From Stramenopiles sp. TOSAG23-2 (lineage: Eukaryota): a stretch of DNA of 57,991 bases. The position numbers and the translations under genes were made by a program. Within the stretch, counting starts at the first letter, position 1. The number at the start of each line of letters is the position of its first letter. The notes under the pieces were generated by a model. It was not told the origin of the DNA. It saw only the letters and a list, made by a program, of their open reading frames with translations, and did not search any database. The DNA lies in the NCBI GenBank assembly GCA_900128395.1, contig LT649255.1, positions 1 to 57,991 on the forward strand, in the 5' to 3' direction. Below are positions 10,650-23,200 of this stretch, piece by piece.

Positions 10650-13600
10650 TGGAGCTTTGGCAGAAAATGTGAAATCCAAGTCCAAAGGTCGTTTTACAGG
10701 ATATAATGCAACAGATTTTAACGCACCAAAATCTGATTCTAAATTGATAGAATCTACTACTGGAACAGCTTGAATAACTTTTCCATTACCACATAGAGGT
10801 CTACCGGTAGCCTTGTTATTACCAGACCAATCATTCCATTTGCCGTCATGGGTCCATAAACATCCATACGGTTCACGGGCATTGCCATTTGGTTCCCCGC
10901 TATTCCAATTAGAATAAGAAAGACTATCACCATTTGCCCATTTCCATGCACCGTTTTCAAAAGTCAATCCAATCCAACATTTTTTTCCCCCACATACTCC
11001 GTGCGCATTATTTTGCTGTTCTTGACTTGTAATAATAGCCAAGGTGGTCCCTTTACCTGCACAATATGACTTTGCATTGTTAAAGCTCATTTCAGTATCT
11101 CCAATGAAATAACTTTCTTTTTCAACAATTTGCTGAGGCAGATCAAGCACTTCATCACCTCCAACTTTTATTTTCGATATTTTCGCTGTACATTTTGTAC
11201 TCATAGTTTGTTCACTAGAAAATAGACGAATAAAATCAGAATTGTCACAACCTATTGTATCCGTCCAAACAGCTGTGTTTGCGGGTTGGCCATGTATTGT
11301 TTTACAATGCCCATATTGGTTGTTACTACAACATTTACCTGCACTAGTATCAGGTCTGGTAAAATCGCAAAATGCATCATCACATTCAGTACCTGATGAG
11401 CTAAACATAAGTGCTGTGCAATCCCTCCCAATCACTTTAACACTTCGAATGGTATTACATCCAATATCATTTCGACCGCAAGCTTTTACATTTCCATCTA
11501 CAACAATTTTATTCCCTTTCCCCTGCCTATCAAATGCTACAACTATTTGGCATTTGTTACCTGTATTCCTCGGGGTGTCGACTCTAACAGCACCTATATT
11601 AAGTTGACAATTCGTTTTAGTATCCACCCAATAGTATTGAGTCTCTGGCTTATTTTGAAGCGCCGTACTCTGCTCATTTACAACTTCGCATAAACTACCA
11701 TCGTTTGAGTAAATTCGTGCACTACATTTCCCAATTGTGGCACAACATATATCACTATCTGTATTTAACCCGCAGTTTGTTCCTTTACATGGTATTTCAG
11801 AAGCCTTTAATTTTGCTGTAGTTCCTGTTGGACAATTACCGTGAAAATCAGCAAATAGCGAATTACATTTAGCTGCACAGCATTTTAATTTATCATCGGT
11901 TGATCTACATCCATATTTACTTGTACACCGGACATTTGATAAATGTGATGGAATATCACCATCATTTACATACATTTTATTATTGAAATTAAATCTTTGT
12001 GCCATGTTACATTCATCGCGATTTTGACAATTTGTGGCCGGTTCGATAATCAAAGATTTTATGATACTATTGTCGGCATATGCATTTAAATTTGCAACAT
12101 AATCTTTCAACAGTGCATAACAATTTACATTTTTGTATTGGAAATTTAATTTCACCGTATCGTTGAAATATACCAATATTGTACTGGTATTAACTTCTAT
12201 TGTTACCTTTGTAACAGCATTAAATGGTATTGGTTCCGCAACAAATTCTTTCATTTCAGATCGTGATGTGACAATGGTATATGTTTGTTCAGTCTTTTCA
12301 TCCCTAGGAACATCTTTAGCTTTACTGCATAGAGGTCTAGCCTTGTTATTACCAGAATTATCAGACCAATCATTCCATTTGCCGTCATGGGTCCATAAAC
12401 ATCCATATGGTTCACGGGCATTGCCATTTGGTTCCCCGCTATTCCAATTAGAATAAGAAAGACTATCACCATTTACCCATTTCCATCCACCGTTTTCAAA
12501 AGTCAATCCAATCCAACATTTTTTTCCCCCGCATACTCCGTGAGCATTATTTTGCTGTTCTTGACTTGTAATAATTGCTAAGGTGGCTCCTTTTCCTTCA
12601 CAATATGCTTTTGCATTGTTAAAGCTCATATCAGTTTGTCCCAAGGAAAACTCACCACTACTAGCTGTATTTGGATCGTAACAATAATCCCACTTGGGGC
12701 CGGCCCCGTTCCCTGAACATCCGGGAATGGGGCGCCCATCCTCGCGCTGAAAACATTTTAGTCCCTGCGCACATTGCCAATCACCATCACATTCTCCCAC
12801 GCACCGTTGAAGATTTGTAGCTTGGCCGTCATTTGAGCCCGACAGTTCAATACTATCTCCGGCACAACTTTCTTGCATTCCGTTCGTATTTGTAAATTCA
12901 TATAATTGTCCACCACTTCCAGCATTATGGTTTGGACCGGTAGTACAATCATCCTTCGGGCAATTGCAATGACGTCCATGTTCATAAAAAAAATATTTAC
13001 TTCCTTTACAACCTTCTTTACCATTTAAGCGGCTCACGGCATCGGCGCATTCTTGAACAGTATATTGCCCACCGCGTTTTCCATATCTTGGATCGTCCAT
13101 ATGTATATAAGAATTACATCCTTTGTTATGCACTGGTATATAATCTTTTGAAAGTGGATATTTACACCCTATTCCTTCACTCAGTCTCAATATCGTATCA
13201 TCTTTTGTTTCTCCAATTTGAAAAATATTTATAATACCACGGTTGTTATTATTACTAATATTTAAAGGTTGAATTTCAAATGATATTTTGTAACATTTTG
13301 GCAAATACGCATTTGTAGCAATTTTTGTAGTATCCGGAACCAGTGCCGTTACGCTGCTATTTATTAATCTTTGCATCTGGAAATCATCCTCATTTTCCCC
13401 ACAAAATTCTTTTGGATTGGAGATACTATTACTACAAGTTGCATTCAACGGTTCACAGCATTTAAAGCGATCATGTAAACTTGAACAAGATGTACCTACA
13501 CAATATGTTGAATCCAATAACGTTTTATCAATAGGCGTTAATCCATTACAAAATGTATTTATATTGGATATACTTGCACATGTTGCTTTGCAACACTTTC

Positions 13601-16600
13601 CTTGATCTGCCAGTTTTGTACATTTTTCACCATCTGTGCATAACGATATCATTTGATCATGAATAAAAACATCACCGCTATTGATGTAAATATTTTTAAT
13701 TTTTGATATGCGTTTTAAATCTTTGACGCTGGAGCTCAGTGTTGTACTCCCATCTGATTTCATGCAGCAATCATCTGTTGTGTCAAAGCCATTATCGGAA
13801 TCTCTGGACCATCCAGAGCTACTGCGAAAATTACCGCAATTATCTGTACCACAAATTAGATCCCCTGCACACTGATCATTTGAATCGCAATCACCATCCC
13901 CATATCCAATATTGTTACAGCCACTATCTTTACCCCTACATGAACTTTCAACTTGTATCGTGCTTTCCTCATTAGATAGCATGCCTTCCTCAATATTTTT
14001 ATAACCCCCCCAACCGACATGAAGATATGCATCATGTATCGTATTTTCAAAACGTAAAAACGCGCTTGGTATTACAACTTCATGCTGCTTTCGATTCAAA
14101 TAATAAATCTTAAGACTTGTGTCATCTACTTCAATCTGCATATTGATGTACCAAGGAAACGTACCTAAACCACTTGATGTCATAATGTTCTCAGTGAGTA
14201 AAGTATCATAACGTCCATTATCAACTGTGTCAATAGATGCAATCAATTTATTTTTTAAAAGCCATAAACAAAAAATGCAATCACCATTACGTACAGTCGT
14301 CGGTGCTTTTGGCCTCTCGTCACAACAAAATGTTTGCTGGTGACCACAAGCATCAACATCAGGATATCGAGTTGCATCAGGGTGTGTATGGCATGGATGA
14401 GGATCTGGTGAATAAAGTGCACTATGCAATTTACAATTACGATTTGCATCGTGACTACTATACACTACCCATTCATCAACACCATTAGACACCGGCACCC
14501 ATTTTTCTCCCGTTTTGTGAAATTTATTCACAGTTGTTGGCTCGCATAGTTGCTGTTGAGAACATAGCGATTTTCCTTGTTGCTTGCAAAAGGCTTTATG
14601 TCCATTATATGATTTACTTGGATTACCATGGTATTGCTTCACCCCCTCATTTGTTCCTCCTCCATTACTAGCTGTATTTGGATCGTAACAATAATCCCAC
14701 TTGGCCCCACCCCCGTTCCCTGAACATCCGGGAATGGGACGCCCATCCTCGCGCTGAAAACATTTTAGTCCCTGCGCACATTGCCAATCATCATCACATT
14801 CTCCCACGCACCGTTGAAGATTTGTAGCTTGGCCGTCATTTGAGCCCGACAGTTCAATACTATCTCCGGCATGATTTGCATCATCAAAAGTAATAAAATT
14901 AAACGTACTGTTAAACTTGCTTAACCGAATGATATTCTTTGCATTGCTTATAATATTATCTGTGTCTATCTCTGGTGTTGCTGCGCATCCTTCTAATTCA
15001 CCGTTTGAATTTTTAATATCCTGACCACCAGACATTTCATATAATTTTCCATCACCTCCAGCATTACCGTTTGGACCAGTTGTACAATCATCCTTTGGGC
15101 AATTGCAATGACCTGAATTTTCATAAAAAAAATATTTACTTCCTTTACAACCTTCTTTGCCATTTAATCTTTTCACTGCATCAGCACATTCTTGTACAGA
15201 ATATTTGCCGCCCTTTTTTCCATATCGTTCATCATCCATATGAATGTATGATCCACATCCTTTGTTATGAACTACTATGGGTGAGCCCCAACCTGCTACA
15301 TTATCTTTCGTTACTAATGTATCAGCTAGCAGTATATCAAATTGCATTTTAAAATTGTTTTTAATTTGGATAACACTGTTGCTACTGGCGGTCATTTCAT
15401 TGAGATCGTATGATTCTTTATCAACATAATTTAGCATGCTTGTCTTAGCAGAGCAAAACGAATTCCTTTCCGAAAATGGTACACTAGCACAAGTAGTACT
15501 ACAACAAATTTCTAAATCATGCTTTGATTGACATTTAAATGTACTACAAGCTCGATTTTTACGAGTTGGATCATAGATCCTATTCACAGCAGTGCACATT
15601 GCAGGAGTGACATGCTCCCCACATGTTGGACGACAACAACGTACGCCATCTACTTCCGGTTTACACGGATTATCCATGCATTGAATCATATTAGCATTTT
15701 TTATTAAGCCAGACTCTTTTCCAATTTCATTGCAAAATGCATCACTATCTTCAATCGAATCGCATCTAGGAAGGCAGCATCGGGAACCATCGTTTTCAAC
15801 GGTACAAGCATGCTCTTTACATAATACACTTTTTGCATTTGGTATTAATTTGCTTCCTGGGTTCTCTGTGCTTTGAATAAAACGTGATGATGATATATTC
15901 TGGCAAGTATCATCGACTTCAACACTCTCCTTGCAACATTGGTAGATGCCCTCTTTGGGACATGATCCATACGTTGTTGTACCACCTGGCTTGACAACGT
16001 ACCCTGGTTGACTGCAACCCCTGTGTTCATCACCAGGTGCACAACAATCATTGCCATTATCGACACAAATATCGGATCTACATGGCTTGCCATCATTTAC
16101 AGCAGAATTTCTTGGAGTGCATTGACCAGAATAACTTCCACCATCTCTAGTACCGCCAACTTTAAACGACTTTAACCGATCATATCCTGGCCCACTCTGT
16201 CCATTTACGTCTCCTTCCGCTACACAGAAACTACCAGTATATGTCCATATTTGACCATTTCCATTTTCTTTATCTGAAACTTGGATATTAACATTCTGTC
16301 CAGTAGATCCATAAAGTCGAAAGAAATCATTCTGATGAGCACGTCCCTCTAAATTGATCCAAACATTTGGTTCAAAATGTGTATACTCGCCACAAAAACC
16401 TTGATCATCACCACAGCAACTGGAACATGAATCATCTTTTGGGCAACCACAACCACTACTGCAATAAACTCTTATCCGATCAATAGTTACAATTTCTTTT
16501 TCTTCTTCGCCTATTAGTTCTTCTGCAAAAATATCTGTTTCATATGGCTCTGGTACTTGACAAATGCAATGGCTATATCGAAGAAAACTGTTACAGTTTC

Positions 16601-19600
16601 CTGGATTTGCAAGCTGTACTATGAGAGTAATGAGAAAAAAAAAGCCCCAAAATCCGCAAAATTTCACTAAACTCACAGTATCTTTACGCCTCCATCGAAC
16701 TGGTTTATTGCAACATATAACTGCAGCTGCCATGGGAGTACAGCAAGGATGCCTCACTTGATCAATCAAATCAGGAGATTTGTCAAGTAGCATATTACTT
16801 ATTTCTGAACGTCCATGAACACAACTAGCATACAAAGGCGACCGCCCAGACCATGCACGATGGTTTTCCTTAGCACCATGCAATAATAATAGTCTTGCAA
16901 TTTTAGTATTTCCATTAAATATTGCACACATTAAAGGAGTATTGTATTGCCCATTCAAACTTAACGTAAAAACTTCGAAATGAAATATCAAGCAATACAA
17001 AAAGACAATCATACCAATAGGAAACTGTTGATCTACATTTGGATAAAAGTCACCCAAAAACCAAAGCATCCCTATTATTGTACCTGTAATAAGGCTTATG
17101 AGTTTCCAGAACATCAAGTTGCATTTAAATTGTCTCTTCTTTGGATCTAAGTGCACAAGAAGCAAGATAACCACGACTAATCCGTATACAAAGGCCAACT
17201 GTATGGGGTGCAGGGGTCCCGTAAAAGCAAGCTGGTCATCAGGCATATTATAATCAACATCAATATTTTGCCTCAACTTTTCATCCTCTTCGTATTCCCT
17301 TGACAACATTTCAAATACTTTGTTAAAATCGTTTCGTTGGCATGCCCGAAATAATTCCATACCACTCACAAGTGGGCGATCTCCTTTTCCTTTTTTTAAA
17401 ACATTGTTACTGACTAAATCAGCTAATTTATTATCGTCGTCAGATAATGCAATACCTAATTTTCTTTTATATGCAGCAATTTCATTTTTATATTTAACAA
17501 TAGGATTACAACGTACTCGTTGTCCATTTAAATTTGTAATAGTATCCTCAATATGTTTCATCGAACTCCACATAAATGTCAATCCACAACCACCATTCCG
17601 TATGGCTTTTCGCAAATCACCGTGCGCTTTATCACCGCACATCATTACATCACACCCTGCATTTTTCATAATAAACATATTGCAATTAGTGCATTTTTTC
17701 CCTAATTTTTTCATCAATGCCAATGTCGCTTGATCATCTTGGATTTGTTGCAACTGTTTTGTTTTCTTACCAACTTCAGGACAAACGTGCGTTTCAAAAT
17801 CTCCATCTTTAACAGGCTGATGACATTGTACACAAACCCCTTGGCCACATGGACAACGCTCAACACGCGCTACCACTTTATCTTTACGTAAAACATACGT
17901 TGGATCTACATCCACAAGATAATTTCCGCATTTTGCTGGACATTCGAAAAATAGTTCTTCAAACTCCTCTTGTTTCCTCATGAAACGAAATTGAAATTCT
18001 TTTTCAATTACACCACGCTTTTCTAAAAATGACAAGGCTTTGCCACCGATTTTTCCATACCGTGGGTCTTCTCCTTTCGGGGCACTTGCCTGGCATACAG
18101 GACAATAACCAGGAAATTTACCAGAGTTCATAACCGTTTTTAAATGATATTGTATGCACTCTTCGCAAAAAAAATGAGTACATTCTGTTGAGATTCCATA
18201 TTTTTGTGGCAAAGCCCAACATATCAAGCACTCTTCCACATTAGCATTGTTGTCATCCTCTTCAATTACTAATGCTTCTGTCATTTTCGAAGCCAATCCT
18301 GTCCCCATGCAAACAAAGCATTTATCAAAACGTTCCACTTCTGTTGTAAATTGCTTTTTTAAGATATCGACTGGGGAAGGCGCAATTTTGTTATCACCCC
18401 ATTTACGATTTTCAAGCCTTTTTTTTTCTTCTCGAGAAATTTTTCCATCTTCCAGCGCAACAGCAATATTTGATGTTGATGCTACTAAAGAATTATTAAT
18501 TCTTTCATTTTCTCGATTTATTGCATCTTCACCATATACAAATTTTTCAGCAACCTGTATGTAGTATGTATGATATGGGTTAGAATAATTATTTTGATAT
18601 ATTCAAATAAATGTACATATATAAATTGCTACTTACTTGACGTTTACCTGTACCTTTGCACAAAAAGCATGCTTGCTTTATTCCTTTATCGGAAACTTCA
18701 GGCAATTCACTTATCATTAATTTTTGCATCTCAATACCATAATCAGCAGGCATTGTCATTTTTCCAAGTGTCCTTTCATCGATTGATGGTTGATGAAGTA
18801 CTTGTAATGAACCCATTGGTGCTCTTGCCTCGTAAAGTGGCGTAGCAGATTTAACAAATGGACCACTGGCTTTATTAAAGTATCTTGTAGAAACAACGTC
18901 ATCCTCAAATTGAACCCATACATGAAATGATGTACATGTTTTACCATCTGATTTAGTATGAAAATTCCGCATATCCCCATGCGTAGCTGTATGCCCTTTT
19001 AACGGTGTATATGCTTTTTTTCGTGCCAACTCTGCAAAAGCATTTTTCAACCCATAAAATGTACCGTCGGATAATAAACCATCAATTTGTTCCATAATAC
19101 GTTTATCTTTAGTGGAGAAATGATACACTTTTTTTGAGCCCATCAAAGTGCAATAAAAAAATTTCATTCCTACAACATCTTCAAATCCACGAATATCTGA
19201 ACCATACATATTAATTAATTTAGTTATGGACATACCAATATTTCCAGATTGCAATACATGCGTTGGTAATTCTTGTTCATGCTTCATATTCTTATTCTTT
19301 AAAAATCCATTGTAATTATAAGCAAAGGTTAATAACCATGCATTGCCATCTTTACCTTCAGAAGCAAACAAACCAACCTGATTTCCAGGTCGACGACTTA
19401 CACCAGGAGCTGTTATAACAGTTTTACTTTCTCCCCAGTACAAATCACCATGTTTAATTTTTAACATATCCGCAACTGCCGTTTTATCATAATCTTCCTC
19501 GTCGCCATCATTATCCCATAAATTTATCATTTGTTCTTCTTTCGGTTTTTTTTGTTTATTTAATTCCAACGCTTGCTGTAACGTTAATTCTTTTGCATTC

Positions 19601-19635
19601 ACTAGCGCTTTTAAATCATTGCTTAATGTTTCCAT
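10053..19635 (-). CDS. Giant (~3,166 aa) RBR E3 ligase - ankyrin - transmembrane - Cys-rich/C-type lectin - Hint(Hog) protein; exons 19635..18637 and 18554..10053
   Basis: The phase-0 intron 18636..18555 (GTAAGT donor, CTAAC branch point, ATACAG acceptor) joins the 348-aa and 2761-aa ORFs in frame. RING1 CLIC..CTHFFCEEC..CPVC, IBR, RING2 CTNC..NAGC. Ankyrin TPLMCA and SPLYAS. Four hydrophobic helices. Two C-type lectin domains (CWIGL..EPN..WND). C-terminal CF..STSH..YSPYTYSGTIMVDGILASCYA. Confidence 0.85.
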
Positions 19636-20230
19636 ATTATTAATTTAACAACGAAAAAAAAAAAAAGATAGCTGGAAAAATAAATAAATTAAAATCACTA
19701 AAAAGTAAGATAGATAGTTTTCTAGAATAGTTCGTATTCAACTATATATATTTTAGGGTAGATTTGAGTGATATTGAATATATCCACTAAAAAAGCTGGA
19801 TAGCACAAATATTAAATTCACTAAAAAGTAAGATATATAGTTCGTAATCAACTATATATATTATATATATATATATAATATATATTTTAGGGTATAGTAG
19901 ATTTGAGTGATATTGTGAATATATCCCCACCTATGTGTGCCTGCTGGGCCTGCTTATGCTAAGGCCTGGTTACTAACGAAAGGTGGTCGGTATTTAAATA
20001 TTGTGTGTTTTAAATTTTCGTGTAATTATATTGCCAGAATGCTGTGTGCCTGTAAAAATATTTCAAACACACAAAAGAGCGAAAATAAAAAGACAAAAAG
20101 AAGAGTTCGTGATGTATTAATACTATCCCAGTAAATATTACTAGATTTACAGTACCTGGTATATTCAGATCTAAAAAAAATATATAATAAAAAATATACA
20201 CCACATATTACATTTAAATTTTAAAATATT

Positions 20231-23200
20231 CTACCCCGTCGTGTCACGAAACAATGGATTTAAATAATCCCACTCCCGCATCCAACCGGAATCCATACAT
20301 AAACTTCCTTCACTACCATCATCTTTAACTAAAATTTCAACAACCTCATCAAACATATGAAATGGTAATCTACTAGACATCTCCAATGATAATCGATCAT
20401 GTGCTCTTCTATGATAATATCGATCCCAAAACCATAATAAACGACGAAAGCTAATGACGATACTACCAGGATTTTGCCAATTTTTCTCTTTCCTTTTTAA
20501 ATATTCTACATCTTCCACCAATGTTCCATGAATATTTGAAAATATCAATAAAATGATAGTGGTATTTAAACAACATAAATTTTCTTGGGATATTTTTGTA
20601 ACATCAATAGCAGTGCAAATATCACATATAATTTGTTGTCGATTTGTTTGCAAATGATGATGAAATTTAGTTTTTCCGACATATAATGATGATTCTGGTG
20701 TTTCTTTTCCCTCCGCAGTATTAATACTAGTATAATGTTTATTCATATGAAATCGTGTATCATATTTTGGATCATCTGCATCCACATCTGCATATAAATA
20801 AACTTCGTTATTGTTGTTTCCTCTTAAATCATTGTTGTGAAAACCCAACACTTCAAATTCTAAAGTCAGCATTAATGAGCGAATAAACACATTCGAATCA
20901 ATTAAATGCGTTGATATTACATCAAACAATTGGCGAAATTCCGCAGGAGTTAATAATGAATCTAAATATTCCAATATAACGCTATTGAATTTAATCATTT
21001 CACCGAGTAAATCGAAATTTGTTTGCATGCCATTACAATCATTACCAACTAAATTGAGCAAATCTTTCACTAAATTGGGTAAAAATTTCTTGTGAGAGGC
21101 AACAATTATTTGATCTTCGGGCTCTGAACCTCTTAAAAAACTTTCAATAGTACTAGCAAACCAAAACCTGTATGCACTATAGCTTTCTTCCGTTTGATAT
21201 GTCATCAATTTAATGATCTTGCTTAACAAGCCATTTTTTTGCGTCTGTCCTTCTATATCTTGGTCAAATATCATTTTTTCCTTTTCCTCCGGGGTGATCG
21301 TTGATTGATGAACACTTAATCGTTCAAATTCAGCACATGCATAATTAAAAGCTTCAAACATCCCATTTCGTGTTCCTTCCATTATTTTATTAGTAATTTC
21401 AAAACGAATTGATAATTGCTTCTTCGACAATAATTGCATGCGATTGTTTATTTGCGTATCTTCCCTTTCCATGAAATTATGTGCTAGCCTTAGAAATTGG
21501 ACCTTTACCGCGGATGCAACGTTACATTGACAACCTGGTCCATGTGGACCATGAGTTTGTCTAGGCTCCGGTGTCCAATCTAATACATCAAAAAGCATAT
21601 TTAACAATGTACCTAATTTTCTCCTTTCAAAATATTGCTGCAAGTCTATTTTCCTTTTTCCGTGGCATAAAATAGCCAATACAAATAAAATTTCAACTAA
21701 AAAGGTTGTTATGATTACATCTCTCATTGTTATTTTTGAGTTGAATATCGTGTCGTTGTTGTCGTTGTTGTTGCTACTACTATTCCCATTTGTATGCTGA
21801 CTATCCATTCCAGATGTCCCAATTGCATCACGTAACACTTCAAATATTTGATGTAGAGATAGCTTTTCCATCATCGATTTTTTTGGCATATTACCAACAT
21901 TAGTAGCTAAATATGTATTATACAAATCAGTGTAAACATTATCTTCATTATCGTAAAAGATTTTTTCAAATTGTCCCATATCACTATACCATTCTTCTTC
22001 CTCCGATTTATCATCCGTCAATGATAGAACTTGTAACATTGCTCGCGATGGAATCAAATTATTAAATGTACCCAATTCACCTTTGTAACGCCTTGCTGTT
22101 GGTAAGCTTTTAACCGATTTGTAAATGAGTAACATAAATCTGTCTAAAATTTCTTCGTTACCGACTAAAAATGCATGATTTCTATCAATTGTTTTCAACG
22201 TACGTCGTTTTCGCATTCCTTTGTCTTTTAATAGTTGGATTTTATTGGATTTCTTCTTTTTCTTTTTCTGAGATGATGATGATAACGGAGATGATGAAGA
22301 TGATGTTGTGCTAGTTGGAGTCATCACGGAGGATGAAAGTGCATTATTATTATTATTATTATTTATGTCATTATTGTTATTGGCATCATTGATATTTGGC
22401 AATGGAGAATTACTATTTGAATTAGGTAATGTTGACGAAGAGGAAATGCTCAATCCTACGTTCATATTATCATTTAAATCATTGATAAAATTAGTTGGGC
22501 TATTGTTGGTAATGATGGTATCAACATTATTGGTTTTACTTTGGCTCGGACTTTTAGTATTCATCTCATTATTATTATTATTACTGTTGTTGTTGTTATT
22601 GTTATATACGCCAACTACTTGCTCATCCACTTCTTCTTCTTTTTCTTTCACATTGGACATGTCAGCAAAAATAAGTAATGCAAATAAACGACATAATACG
22701 CATAATTGTCTTTGAGAAAAGGTAAGGATTCTTTGGTAAAAATTTGGCACATCTGCTAGACAAAACATTTCATCGCGAATGGAAAAGATTTCCTCAAGCA
22801 AACCTACCGCCATGTCAAATGTATCTCCTTTTAATAAATACTCAAAAATGTGCAAAATAAAATGATTCGATCCTAACTTGTTTAAATCACCTAAATGATT
22901 GAAAGTAAACATTAACTCGCGTAACGTACTACCAGTCTCATTCATTACTTTATATACAAGTTTTCTTTCCTTGCTTCTATTTTTATCATTATAAGTAGCA
23001 TCATTCTTACTCATTCGATTATTATATTTTTCTTCAAACAAAATTGGAAGCCTAAGTAAAATTTCTTTTAAATAATTGATACCACCAAATTGAACAAAAT
23101 AACCAGCAACATGATTAGTCTTGGTTGGGCTTCTGTTCCCTGTATGCAATGCACTCGTTGCATCATAAAGAATTCGACTTAAATTTTTCAACGTAGACAA

